Of a stretch of 63,142 nucleotides of DNA, positions 31,301 to 40,055 are shown in pieces. The notes under the pieces are model-generated. The model had not been told where the DNA came from, did no database searches, and was given only the letters and a program-made list of their open reading frames with translations. Source of the stretch: an uncultured Candidatus Saccharibacteria bacterium (GTDB lineage: Bacteria > Patescibacteriota > Minisyncoccia > Phycocordibacterales > CAIZLB01); assembly GCA_964520545.1 (NCBI GenBank), contig CAZFOD010000006.1, positions 1-63,142 on the forward strand, read 5' to 3'. Positions within the stretch are counted from its first letter, which is position 1. Each line of letters opens with the position of its first letter. A program made the translations under genes and the position numbers.

Positions 31301-31325
31301 TTAATTTCATACCACCATTATCCAA
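28308..31325 (-). CDS. secreted right-handed beta-helix + LCAT-like alpha/beta-hydrolase (lipase/acyltransferase) protein (likely start M6 at 31310)
   Basis: Signal peptide. Parallel beta-helix-type repeats (aa ~60-310) end in NWWGSETGP. The hydrolase core follows: LFLPGLEGSRL, PYDWRRS and the nucleophile elbow IVAHSNGGLVA. The C-terminal ~380 aa are unassigned. Confidence 0.8.
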   Translation of the reverse strand: MDNGGMKLNTIIFVVIAFILFGSVQRALASTEITQSFIDEHSLVPASLGPYLLSDEIIIPPGKELSIEAGTTLQFTGGQMRVHGNLKINGSASKPVRLELVGSSNLGAAINVLGGGIHMNFANVSGTDSVIESVGGIVEVLHSHFEDVESGKTLIASYASSTLSLVDNSFSRIRTPHVLEVYNNSQGMITQNIFTNSGNQSVISIFDSSGVNENSSVSISDTVFKHSSATGVEVFSGASVMLDDVLISEGGAGAILSYDNGNVTVKNSSLEGNDIGIEAYRSSVFLASSSVEKNISAGIIAHGSSVNAFTNWWGSETGPYNERANATGKGQSVTDDVVFSPWLKQKPSKKKCCSSILFLPGLEGSRLYVKSRSENQLWEPNTNADVKKLFLDSSGISLEKNIYTRDVVGKTNIVGPLFQFDVYGGFTDFLKNLVSSGVITAWKPFPYDWRRSSLNIANETIYLDKGATTSLGSMFDGLVKESKTGKVSIVAHSNGGLVAKNFVNSLIAAGKVDKVDQLIMVAVPEFGTPQAVADLLHGDSQSILGGIILSKSTARNLGMNMPSAYELLPAQKFFGSLSSPVVTFPTDSDLAIKYGNALKTRQGLASFLMASGGDRKSSTKVDEPAVLNTGLLKKSEEIHGRIDDLFNTPLSGLLEVTSLVGVGNETLKGITYEYGKKGKKTELERSRITSRDGDGVVLAGDPVVRSGNVYSVDLRSLSLWDKKNYRHANILNASSIQQMISLLVKKDLTVLPPFVSKRATSTNSWKRYEFIVHSPVSILVYDSDGNRTGLLKEATEDEVGVSVEEIPGSQYVNFGEAKTVITSELPSKIVLQGLDTGTFRFNATEFQGDTELKDVEYSNVPTIEGMTAEFIPASSSVMTIDYNADGKIDEQISPDTQSRESNINESIASARRVISSKIQSRIIREIYLKKLDDATLLLKKGNIQRVAKQLASEVERLSKALKVYNHLQRNLRVGKLVEPVVRDTTILFYQFQRLSSEVGILAESQ

Positions 31326-31370
31326 AACACTTCTTAAGTGAAGATCAATGATCTATAAAGAAAAAGTTCT

Positions 31371-31517
31371 TTATTTCCCCTTGATTATCTCGCCTCCAAT
31401 CGCATTACCCGCTTCAACTGGAACCTGAAAATAACTAGAAACAAAAAGCACAACAAAGGCAAAAATAAGAATGCCCAGAAATCCACATATTAGTTTGAAG
31501 GCTGTTGTGTCGAACAT
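31371..31517 (-). CDS. small membrane protein (48 aa), below the ORF-track cutoff
   Basis: Translates as MFDTTAFKLICGFLGILIFAFVVLFVSSYFQVPVEAGNAIGGEIIKGK with a single TM helix. Lies between a terminator and the lipase gene. Confidence 0.3.
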   Translation of the reverse strand: MFDTTAFKLICGFLGILIFAFVVLFVSSYFQVPVEAGNAIGGEIIKGK

Positions 31518-31558
31518 ATTGATAGGCTAATTCTATATCATTCTTCCAAAATAAAAAA

Positions 31559-31576
31559 CCACTCCTTGCGGAGTGG
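31559..31576 (-). terminator. rho-independent terminator after 31639..33438
   Basis: CCACTCC GCAA GGAGTGG followed by TTTTTT. The hairpin is palindromic, with A- and T-tracts on both sides. Confidence 0.7.
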
Positions 31577-31638
31577 TTTTTTACTATCTCATTAATCTTT
31601 CGATTAATTTTGATATTAGGTTCTAACTAAGACCGATA

Positions 31639-33438
31639 TTATCGGAGGAAGTTAGCAGCACCAGGTGTCTTGAAATCATCAAGACCCCATGTCTGTGTCT
31701 GACCTGTTACGTTTCCTACAGCCCAGTTAATCTGAGCGATGTAAGCGTTGTAAAGACCAGAACCAACAGTACCGTCGTTTGTCTTTGTTGCTGTAACTGT
31801 TACGTCAGCAGTTGAGCCTTCAGCGACATTGTTATCTGGGTTTACAGTAACGTTAACGCTAGAAGCTGTTGTTGAAGCAGAAGTTGTTGAAGCAAATCGG
31901 ACAGCGAAGTCTGAAGCAACAGGCTTTGTCATAGAACCACCCAAGGCAGTTACCTTGAACTTGAATTCTGCGATCATAGCTGTTGATGTACCAGTCTGGC
32001 TTGTACCTGAGATAACCACTGTAGGTGTAGAAGCAAGTACAAACTGAGGAGCAGCAGAGTAAACATACTGTGCTACGCCGTTAACAGCTGTAGAATTTGT
32101 AGCTGAAGAGCCGTTTGGCTTGTCATATGTTACAGATGTTACAGATGTTGTTGCAATCTGAGCCAATGTAGCAGAAGAAGTTGTAGCAGGGAATCCTATC
32201 TTTACAGTAAGAGTCTTAGTTACATCCTGTCCTACGTTGATTGACAAGTTGCTGAATGTTACAGAAGAGCTACCAGTCTTTGAGTCCAAAAGAGTAGATC
32301 CATCGTAAAGATAAACTACTGCATTTGTAACTGTAAGATTGCTAACTGATGTTGTAGCTGTGATGTCAGTAATCTTTGAAGCACCAGTTTCTGACTTAAC
32401 GTTGAAGTTAAGAACAGGAACAACTACAGCGTCAGTTGTGTTAACTCGGTAGTTCTGTGATCGAAGTGGGCTTGAAGCTGCTGAAACAGTCAAAGTAGAT
32501 GTACCAGGCTTCTTGAAGACGTGAGTTCTTGTGTAAGAAGTACCGTCGATTGAGTAGAAGCTGCTGATGTTATTACCTGAAACCGCTCGAACAGATGATG
32601 AGCCGTAACCATCGATAGTAACAGTTCGGTCAGAGTCAATAGAATTTGTACTGAATGAAACAGTAAGATTCTTAGTTGCATCCTTAGGAACAAGGAAGTT
32701 CAAACCTGAAAGTCGTACGTAGTACACTGAGTTTGAATCCTTTACGAATGTTGATGAGTTTACAGGGAATGTAGCCACAACGTTTGAGCCGTCCCAAACC
32801 TTGATTGTGTTAATCAAAGTTGATGGGTTTTCAGCTGAACCGCTGAGTACAACTGAAACCTGAAGGTCAACAGTCTGAACTACAGAGTCTGCAATCTTAC
32901 CCTTGAATTCAATTCCGTATACAGGAACATCTGAAGATGTCTGTACATTAGAGTTGTTTACAGGAGAAGAACCGAGGTTCACAGTCAATGATCCTTCAAC
33001 GCCTGATGTTGTATTAGGTGTTGATGGGTTTGAAGGTGTAGCGCAAGGCTGACCTGTCATTGAGTTGTAAGCTGCACCTGCTGAGCATCCAGGAACTGAA
33101 GGTGTTGAACCCATCATGTCAGCCTGAACTGCAGCACGAGTGATCGCACCGAAGTATCCAGCGACTGGAGTGATTCCCTTCATTGACTGGTAAGCCTTAA
33201 CAGCTGTTCGTGTAAGAGCACCGAAGTATCCCTTAGCTACGCCAGCTGGCATGGTGAGGAGGCCCTTAGACTCAAGGAAAGTCTGGAGAGCAACCACGTC
33301 TGCACCTCGGCTTCCAATCGTAAGATTAGAAGAGAAGGTGTAGGCTGAAGTTGAAGTCTGCGCTGATGTTGCTACTGGAGCAACGATAGTCAACGCGAGA
33401 GCAAGAGCAACAACAGCAGAAACAATTTTCTTTGTCAT
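31639..33438 (-). CDS. cell-wall-bound surface protein: two peptidoglycan-binding (PG_binding_1-like) repeats + Ser/Thr-rich beta-rich body (S-layer-like)
   Basis: Signal peptide. LTIGSRGADVVALQTFLESKGLL...GYFGALTRTAVKAYQSMKGI..GYFGAITRAAV, then about 480 aa rich in S/T/V/N. Confidence 0.85.
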   Translation of the reverse strand: MTKKIVSAVVALALALTIVAPVATSAQTSTSAYTFSSNLTIGSRGADVVALQTFLESKGLLTMPAGVAKGYFGALTRTAVKAYQSMKGITPVAGYFGAITRAAVQADMMGSTPSVPGCSAGAAYNSMTGQPCATPSNPSTPNTTSGVEGSLTVNLGSSPVNNSNVQTSSDVPVYGIEFKGKIADSVVQTVDLQVSVVLSGSAENPSTLINTIKVWDGSNVVATFPVNSSTFVKDSNSVYYVRLSGLNFLVPKDATKNLTVSFSTNSIDSDRTVTIDGYGSSSVRAVSGNNISSFYSIDGTSYTRTHVFKKPGTSTLTVSAASSPLRSQNYRVNTTDAVVVPVLNFNVKSETGASKITDITATTSVSNLTVTNAVVYLYDGSTLLDSKTGSSSVTFSNLSINVGQDVTKTLTVKIGFPATTSSATLAQIATTSVTSVTYDKPNGSSATNSTAVNGVAQYVYSAAPQFVLASTPTVVISGTSQTGTSTAMIAEFKFKVTALGGSMTKPVASDFAVRFASTTSASTTASSVNVTVNPDNNVAEGSTADVTVTATKTNDGTVGSGLYNAYIAQINWAVGNVTGQTQTWGLDDFKTPGAANFLR

Positions 33439-33537
33439 ATATATGTTGTTTGAATAATTTAAAAAATAATCTACCCACTTAATTAATAATCATTTAGTAA
33501 TGTGTGGGGTCCACTATTTTTCGGGTTAATACTTACT

Positions 33538-33607
33538 TTGCGAACCCGTAATGATTCTGGTGAGAAAGGAAATTTTCTTTTCTTCCAGTACCATTACGGG
33601 TTCGCAA
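33538..33607 (-). promoter_or_regulatory. 70-nt long hairpin in the putative 5' UTR of the surface-protein gene
   Basis: A perfect 16-bp outer inverted repeat TTGCGAACCCGTAATG / CATTACGGGTTCGCAA encloses a second imperfect stem. It lies about 100 nt upstream of the ATG at 33438 and has no U-tract. Confidence 0.45.
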
Positions 33608-33975
33608 TTTTCTAACTATGTATCCATCCTTACGGGCAGATACATACCACTCCCCCGCCTCATATGTTATCGACACGAGGCAAGGAAAAGTTGTTGAGTT
33701 TAAGAGGACATTCAGATAGTCGGATAATAAGGAAAAATACAGAATTTCTGCGGAACCAAAATTGCTATGTGGTTGTCAAAGTCCGATCTATTCAGAAATT
33801 ATAGTATGGGCCTTATCCTAAGCCTAATTTTCTTGTGGATAAGTAGGGCTATCAAAAGCCCTGCCCCGGTCTTTCTGGTGATACACCTGATGACGGCGTA
33901 CAATCGGATATATTACAGAAAATAGGCCCTATAGTCAATAAAACCATACTGTTGTGTAATTTTTACCCCTCAGAC

Positions 33976-34839
33976 CTAAGAGGCGAAAGAATATCGACTC
34001 CACCGCCTCTCACCAACCTTATTTAGCACCCCCTGATCAACCAAGACCAACAATTCGCGTTGAATTGTCTTCTCACTGCAACCTTTTATGACCCCGGTAA
34101 GGTCTTTAATGGATAGCTCACCCTTAGCCTTAATTACAGCCAATATAGCCTCCTGTCGTTCCGATTTTCTATTACTTTTCTCTATTCTATCTATAGCAGG
34201 AATTTGCTTTCTTTCTTTAGGCACAGCAATACTTTGGGTTGATGTCTGTGTTCGAGCTGTTTCTGGCCGAAACCCTGCAGACACACGATTCGATAGCTCA
34301 TTTTTAACGAAATCGTCATTGAGAACAAAGTGTCTACCCAGCTTTTGTGGCAACTCTCTATTTTCAATTGTCCTTATAAACTGTTCCAGTTCTGACTTTA
34401 ATATCTGGTGATTCATAACAGACTCAATGCCAGCCCTTGTCGCAATCTCAGAATATGAGATGACCGATAAAGCCTGCTTCACAATATTATTCAAAAGATC
34501 CTTTCGGTCAGGAGATGCTGTTGTGTTTAAAGAAAGGCTCATGTCTATAAGACACAAAGAAGCGGATCTAATATTTGTCTTTAAAGGCTCTCTGTCCGAG
34601 AAAAAGTCGCTAATCATGTACACTGCAGCAGTTATCTTCTCTGCCTTTTTATAAACATAAACAAAATAATCATCTCCTTCAAAGATGCTGAGGCTTTTCT
34701 GCTGATTATCGAACGCTTCCACGTTCGATTGAGAGATCTTGTCTTTTTCCATATAAATTGTCTTTAAATAAAACCTAGTAAAGTGACCTATAAAATATTG
34801 ATTCGTTCTTGTCCGAAAGAGATGTCCTTCAGACTTCAA
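33976..34839 (-). CDS. DNA-binding protein with a C-terminal winged helix (DeoR/MarR-like HTH); likely start M30 at 34752
   Basis: The C-terminus RQEAILAVIKAKGELSIKDLTGVIKGCSEKTIQRELLVLVDQGVLNKVGERRWSRYS is a classic wHTH. The N-terminal helical domain is unassigned. Confidence 0.7.
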   Translation of the reverse strand: MKSEGHLFRTRTNQYFIGHFTRFYLKTIYMEKDKISQSNVEAFDNQQKSLSIFEGDDYFVYVYKKAEKITAAVYMISDFFSDREPLKTNIRSASLCLIDMSLSLNTTASPDRKDLLNNIVKQALSVISYSEIATRAGIESVMNHQILKSELEQFIRTIENRELPQKLGRHFVLNDDFVKNELSNRVSAGFRPETARTQTSTQSIAVPKERKQIPAIDRIEKSNRKSERQEAILAVIKAKGELSIKDLTGVIKGCSEKTIQRELLVLVDQGVLNKVGERRWSRYSFAS

Positions 34840-34932
34840 AAAGGTCAGAGATGATTTCGAATCAATTATATATAAGACAATATTAAAAGCAACTTCTTTT
34901 CAACTCAAAGTGCATGATAAAATGTTTCCATT

Positions 34933-37212
34933 ATGGCAAAGAAAGATCGAAAGAAATCCTTAGAGACATCCTCTGGTAATCGTGTTGTTTTCAAAGACCT
35001 ACAGGACAGTACAATGCAAAGCGTTTTCGGCATCCTTTTCATGGTTGCTGCAGTCTTCTTCTTGCTAGCCGCTTTTAACAAGGGTGGACTGGTGGGTAAT
35101 ACAGTATATGGCTGGCTTAACACCCTTCTAGGGCTCGGATACTATCTACTTCCTCTTCTTCTACTGATGCTTTCAATCTCGTTCTTCAGCGCAAAGGAAC
35201 GACGTTTCCCTTTATCAAAGACAATTGGGTCTCTAATGTTCTTTCTCTCCGGCTTAGGAATATTCAGCCTCATAAAAGCTGGTAGTGGTGGAATCATCGG
35301 CAACCTTATCTCTAATCCCTTGGTGAAGCTTTTTGAACTCACAAACAGCTATATCATCCTCTTTGCTTTGCTCATCATTTCAATATTAATCATCTTTGAT
35401 TCAGCCCTCCGTCTAAACCATGTTCTTTTCTGGAGGATGTTTAAGAAAGAAACTGAAGAAGATGACGAATACGAAGAAGCCACTGTAATTGAAAATTCGA
35501 AGCTAAAGAAACCTGAATTAGAAACCGAAGCAGAACCACAAGGAATGCTAGCTGCGATTCGAGGAAAGATTGCAAGTATCGATAAAGGACAAAAGGACAA
35601 TGAGGAAGAACCTGTCCCTGTACCCCCAGACGATATGATAAAGGTCTCAAAGAAAAGCCTCCTTCTAGGAAAGAGTTTCGTTGCTCCACCTCTTTCACTT
35701 CTTGAAAATGATAAGGGTAAGCCTGGTGTGGGAGATATCAAAGCAAATGCGAACATCATCAAGCGAACACTTCAAAATTTCGGAATTGATGTCGAGATGG
35801 ATGAAATCTCAATTGGACCTTCTGTTACAAGATACGCACTCAAGCCTGCGGAAGGTGTTAAGTTGTCTCGTATCTTGGGACTACAGAACAATCTTGCCCT
35901 CGCCCTCGCTGCCCACCCTATTCGTATAGAAGCTCCAATCCCGGGTAAATCTCTTGTTGGAATCGAGATTCCAAACAGTGTCAAAACCACTGTTGGATTG
36001 GGTACACTTCTAGCTCACGATGAATATCAGAAATCTGAGAAACCTCTCATGGTTGCACTTGGTAAAGGCATCTCTGGTAAGTCCTACTTTGAAAACCTTG
36101 CTAAGATGCCGCACATGCTCGTTGCTGGTGCCACAGGTTCCGGTAAGTCTGTTACCATCCATGCAATAATCACATCTCTCCTCTATCGTAATTCCCCAGA
36201 CAATCTTCGGTTCATCATGGTCGATCCAAAGAGAGTTGAACTTACACTGTATGACAAGATTCCTCATCTTTTAACACCGGTTATTAAAGATGCAAAAAAG
36301 GCCATCCTATCCCTCAAGTGGGCAGCTAAAGAAATGGATCGGAGATACGATATTCTCGAGAAGAACTCTGTAAGAGACATCGATTCTTACCACAAGAATG
36401 TCCTTATGCCAGCACTAGAAAAGGCAAAAGGACAAAAGGACAATCCAGAGGATACAGAACTCCCTGACACCATGCCGTATATCGTTATCATCATCGATGA
36501 ATTAGCGGACATTATGCAGACCTTCCCTCGAGAACTCGAATCAGCAATTGTTCGTTTAGCACAGATGAGTCGAGCTGTCGGTATCCACCTCATTCTTTCA
36601 ACTCAACGACCTTCCGTAAACGTCATCACCGGTCTCATCAAAGCGAACGTTCCTGCTCGAGTCGCACTCCAAGTAGCTTCACAAATTGACTCTCGAACCA
36701 TCCTCGACACACGTGGCGCCGAAGAGTTGCTTGGTGCCGGTGACATGCTCTACTTCTCAGGTCAGATGTCAGCCCCTGTTCGAATCCAGTCTGCATATAT
36801 TACTGAGAACGAGATAAAGAAAGTTGTTAAACACCTCATTGATAACGCGGATGAACTTCCTTCGGAAATTACCATTACAGGCGATTCAGTGACAAATACA
36901 AGCGGGGTCAATGATCCAGTTTTCAATTCTTCATTCGATGACATGGGCGATCCAGCTGACGACGATGATTTGTATGAAGAAGCAAAAGATACTGTTATAA
37001 AAGCTGGTAAAGCTTCCACTTCCTACATACAAAGAAAGCTACGAGTTGGCTATGCACGAGCAGCTCGACTCATGGATATATTGGAGGAGCGTGGAGTCAT
37101 AGGGCCTGCAGACGGATCAAAACCTCGCGAAGTTATAAACAGCGCAGGGACACCTGTAAGTGTCGGCGAGGTAATGGAAAGTCTGCATACCGAAGAGGAG
37201 GAAAAGTTTTAG
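34933..37212 (+). CDS. ftsK: DNA translocase FtsK/SpoIIIE
   Basis: N-terminal TM helices, Walker A (GATGSGKS), a Walker B-like IIIDELADIM, and a C-terminal gamma wHTH (ASTSYIQRKLRVGYARAARLMDILEERGVIGP). Confidence 0.95.
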   Translation: MAKKDRKKSLETSSGNRVVFKDLQDSTMQSVFGILFMVAAVFFLLAAFNKGGLVGNTVYGWLNTLLGLGYYLLPLLLLMLSISFFSAKERRFPLSKTIGSLMFFLSGLGIFSLIKAGSGGIIGNLISNPLVKLFELTNSYIILFALLIISILIIFDSALRLNHVLFWRMFKKETEEDDEYEEATVIENSKLKKPELETEAEPQGMLAAIRGKIASIDKGQKDNEEEPVPVPPDDMIKVSKKSLLLGKSFVAPPLSLLENDKGKPGVGDIKANANIIKRTLQNFGIDVEMDEISIGPSVTRYALKPAEGVKLSRILGLQNNLALALAAHPIRIEAPIPGKSLVGIEIPNSVKTTVGLGTLLAHDEYQKSEKPLMVALGKGISGKSYFENLAKMPHMLVAGATGSGKSVTIHAIITSLLYRNSPDNLRFIMVDPKRVELTLYDKIPHLLTPVIKDAKKAILSLKWAAKEMDRRYDILEKNSVRDIDSYHKNVLMPALEKAKGQKDNPEDTELPDTMPYIVIIIDELADIMQTFPRELESAIVRLAQMSRAVGIHLILSTQRPSVNVITGLIKANVPARVALQVASQIDSRTILDTRGAEELLGAGDMLYFSGQMSAPVRIQSAYITENEIKKVVKHLIDNADELPSEITITGDSVTNTSGVNDPVFNSSFDDMGDPADDDDLYEEAKDTVIKAGKASTSYIQRKLRVGYARAARLMDILEERGVIGPADGSKPREVINSAGTPVSVGEVMESLHTEEEEKF

Positions 37213-37245
37213 CAATTATTTATCGAAATTTAATCTCAAACATCT

Positions 37246-37614
37246 ATGATACGAGTATACGAAGATGGAAAATTGATGGTAAGAGTTCTCATCACTATCC
37301 TCTTTGTATTTGTTATCGTGGGTTATAGCGTCTTTCAAGCTCATAATATTATGACAGGGCCAGAAATCGCACTGGCTTCTTCTCAAACAGGAGAAGTCGT
37401 AACAGACCCTACCTTCAATATTAATGGCAAAGCTAAAAACATATCCTTCATAAGCGTCGATGACCGCCCTATCTACATCGACGAAAGCGGTCAATTTAAT
37501 GAAAAATTGCTCCTGTATCCGGGCTATAATATAATTCGAATATACGCACGGGATAAGTTCGGCACCGAGACCGAGAAAAAAATAGAACTCGTTTATCAAC
37601 CCCAACTAAACTAG
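37246..37614 (+). CDS. membrane-anchored small protein (122 aa), function unknown
   Basis: An N-terminal TM helix (VLITILFVFVIVGYSVF) followed by a beta-rich domain. Preferred over the antisense ORF 37216..37605. Confidence 0.55.
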   Translation: MIRVYEDGKLMVRVLITILFVFVIVGYSVFQAHNIMTGPEIALASSQTGEVVTDPTFNINGKAKNISFISVDDRPIYIDESGQFNEKLLLYPGYNIIRIYARDKFGTETEKKIELVYQPQLN

Positions 37615-37646
37615 TCTTTAGATAACAGGGATACTAACTAATACAT

Positions 37647-38756
37647 ATGGCAAAGAAAGCAAAACCGCAGAAACAGACAAAGACAGGGGTAAGTAGTGCA
37701 GCCACAGACGCAGCGTTAGAAAATAATCTTGAAGAGATCCAGACCGATGACTCCCCTAAAGGCAACGCCAAGCAAGATGGTCGAGCAATCGAAGATACAA
37801 TTGCACAGATCAAAACAAAATTCGGCGATGATTCAATAATGAAACTCGGCGACAAGCCAAAGGTTAACATTGATGCCATCTCAACGGGCTCAATAGGACT
37901 TGATGCAGCGCTTGGAGTTGGTGGTCTTCCCCGTGGAAGAATAATCGAAATCTTTGGACCTGAATCCTCAGGTAAGACGACTCTCGCACTCCACGTAACA
38001 GCTGAGGCACAAAAGAAAGGTGGGGTCTGCGCATATATCGACGCAGAACATGCAATGGATCCTGACTATGCAAAAAAACTCGGTGTAAAAATAGATCAGC
38101 TCCTCATATCACAGCCTGATACAGGAGAACAAGCACTTGAAATAGTAGAAAGTCTTGTTCGATCAGGAAAGATTGATGTAATTGTCATCGACTCAGTTGC
38201 CGCCTTAACACCAAAAGATGAAATCGAAGGAGATATGGGAGCCTCTCATATGGGTAAGCAGGCTCGCCTCATGTCTCAAGCTCTTCGAAAGCTTACAAGT
38301 ATCGTTGCAAAATCAAAGACAATTGTTATCTTCATCAACCAAATCCGTATGCAGATTGGTGTGATGTTCGGTAATCCGGAAACTACTCCGGGTGGAAAGG
38401 CACTTAAGTTCTACACCTCTGTACGACTCGACATTCGACGAATAGCACAAATTAAAAAAGGTGAAGAGATCATGGGAGGAAGATGCCGTGTCAAAGTCGT
38501 CAAGAACAAGGTAGCAGCCCCATTTAAACAGACCGAATTCGATCTCATGTACAACGAGGGTATTTCTCGTGAGGGAGAACTCATCGCACTTGGTGAAAAG
38601 ATGGGAATCATCACAAAATCAGGCGTCTCATACAGCTACGGAGACACTAAACTTGGCCGAGGATATGATGCCACAAGACAATTCCTAAAAGAGAATACTA
38701 AGATAGGAAATGACGTCTTGAAAGACATTCGAGCAAAGCTAAAGGCGCAAGATTAA
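37647..38756 (+). CDS. recA: recombinase RecA (with about 40-aa Lys-rich N-terminal extension)
   Basis: [17 protein letters not shown] (Walker A), [25 protein letters not shown]. Confidence 0.97.
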   Translation: MAKKAKPQKQTKTGVSSAATDAALENNLEEIQTDDSPKGNAKQDGRAIEDTIAQIKTKFGDDSIMKLGDKPKVNIDAISTGSIGLDAALGVGGLPRGRIIEIFGPESSGKTTLALHVTAEAQKKGGVCAYIDAEHAMDPDYAKKLGVKIDQLLISQPDTGEQALEIVESLVRSGKIDVIVIDSVAALTPKDEIEGDMGASHMGKQARLMSQALRKLTSIVAKSKTIVIFINQIRMQIGVMFGNPETTPGGKALKFYTSVRLDIRRIAQIKKGEEIMGGRCRVKVVKNKVAAPFKQTEFDLMYNEGISREGELIALGEKMGIITKSGVSYSYGDTKLGRGYDATRQFLKENTKIGNDVLKDIRAKLKAQD

Positions 38757-38782
38757 TAGACCTTTTAAGTTAAGGAAGGCAA

Positions 38783-38810
38783 CAGCCGCGTATATATGGA
38801 CACGCGGCTG
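38783..38810 (+). terminator. rho-independent terminator after recA
   Basis: CAGCCGCGT ... ACGCGGCTG followed by TTTCTGG. Confidence 0.55.
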
Positions 38811-38834
38811 TTTCTGGTCTAGAATGGCCCTACC

Positions 38835-39401
38835 GTGCTTGAATACAACGAAATCACATTACGAAAATACATCATTTTTGAAAAAGAACCCTATGAAGTC
38901 CTAGACTCTCATGTGTTCCGAAAACAGCAGCGAAAGCCAGTAAACGCCACAAAGCTTCGCAATCTTCTCAATGGACGAATTGTTGAGCATTCCTTCCACG
39001 TTTCCGACAAAGTAGACGAGGCTGAGATTGAGAACAAGGATGTTAAGTATCTCTACAACAACAAAGGTGAGTGGTGGTTTTGTGAAGAAAGCGACCCATC
39101 AAATCGATTCACCATTGCAGAATCCATGCTTGGATCTAGTGCGAAGTTCATCAAAACGAATTCCATTGTTGAAGCAAAGTTGTATGATGAGAAAATCTTT
39201 GGCATCAACATGCCAGTAAAGGTGGATCTATTGGTTACCGAAGCCCCTCCTGCTGTTAGAGGAGACACTGCCAAAGGAGGAAACAAAATTATCACACTCG
39301 AGACAGGAGCAACTATTAACTCCCCCCTATTCGTCGAACCGGGCGATGTGGTTCGAATCAATACAGAAACAGGTCAGTATGTAGAACGAGTTGGGAAATA
39401 A
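38835..39401 (+). CDS. efp: elongation factor P
   Basis: 188 aa with an apparent GTG start. EPYEVLDSHVFRKQQRKPVNATKLRNLLNG and a C-terminal OB-fold-like region (ETGATINSPLFVEPGDVVRINTETGQYVERV). Confidence 0.9.
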   Translation: MLEYNEITLRKYIIFEKEPYEVLDSHVFRKQQRKPVNATKLRNLLNGRIVEHSFHVSDKVDEAEIENKDVKYLYNNKGEWWFCEESDPSNRFTIAESMLGSSAKFIKTNSIVEAKLYDEKIFGINMPVKVDLLVTEAPPAVRGDTAKGGNKIITLETGATINSPLFVEPGDVVRINTETGQYVERVGK

Positions 39402-39431
39402 AGGAAAAGCCCGATGGGTTGAACATCGGAC

Positions 39432-39686
39432 TTAAACTGACACCAAATATAGCTGACCACTGTGTGGGAAAAGCAACTCGAGATCTCCACGATTTTCTGG
39501 AGTAAGCAGAATTATCAAAGTTGTAACGCTTTCATCAGTCATTTGCACTGATGTTATTTTACCAACAATGTACTTCTCACCTACATCCCACACAAAGAGC
39601 GCCTTAGTCTTTAAAAATCCCAGCAGTTCCCACTCACTAAGATTAATATTGATCTCCAACTTACTGTCTAGTGTTCTAAATTTCAA
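39432..39686 (-). CDS. hypothetical protein (84 aa)
   Basis: Isolated ORF with a hairpin (CCGATG/CATCGG plus T-rich tail) at its 3' end. No motif recognised. Confidence 0.4.
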   Translation of the reverse strand: MKFRTLDSKLEININLSEWELLGFLKTKALFVWDVGEKYIVGKITSVQMTDESVTTLIILLTPENRGDLELLFPHSGQLYLVSV

Positions 39687-39760
39687 AATGTTTCCTTTCT
39701 GTTTGATTGTTCGACCCGAAGTATACTAGTTTTTATATAAATACCAAATACAAAAGAAAA

Positions 39761-39780
39761 GACCCACCAAGTGGTGGGTC
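39761..39780 (-). terminator. rho-independent terminator after rpsR
   Basis: GACCCACC ACTT GGTGGGTC flanked by A- and T-tracts (bidirectional form). Confidence 0.7.
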
Positions 39781-39795
39781 TTTTCTTTTGTGTCT

Positions 39796-40008
39796 CTACT
39801 CCGCTACGTAAGGGAGGAGAGCCATGAAACGAGCCCGCTTCACTGCTGTTGCAAGCTTTCGCTGGTTCTTAGCAGTAACGCCTGTTCGCTTTCGAGCCAT
39901 CAATCGTGCGTGTGGATTGAGGAACTTCTTCAAGACTTCAACATCCTTGTAATCAACATGTTGGATGTTGTTCTGAGAGAAGTAGCACTGTTTTAAACTA
40001 TTCTGCAT
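39796..40008 (-). CDS. rpsR: 30S ribosomal protein S18
   Basis: DYKDVEVLKKFLNPHARLMARKRTGVTAKNQRKLATAVKRARFMALLPY. Confidence 0.92.
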   Translation of the reverse strand: MQNSLKQCYFSQNNIQHVDYKDVEVLKKFLNPHARLMARKRTGVTAKNQRKLATAVKRARFMALLPYVAE

Positions 40009-40055
40009 GTTAGTAAATTTACTATTTGTTATTAATTGGAATGTAATATGACCGA

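Noticed and set aside
33620-33960. Possible RNase P RNA, SRP RNA or other housekeeping ncRNA in the long intergenic gap.
   Set aside because: Only short partial resemblances exist (CAAAGTCCG, ACAGAAAATAGGCC, GATGACG). I could not build the P4 helix, the GGUAAGAGC region or the SRP GGAA/AGCA loops. This is not supportable without a covariance-model search.
37216-37605. 129-aa minus-strand ORF between ftsK and recA.
   Set aside because: It is antisense to 37246..37614 (+). The + strand ORF has a clean N-terminal TM helix and fits the local + strand ftsK-recA-efp block.
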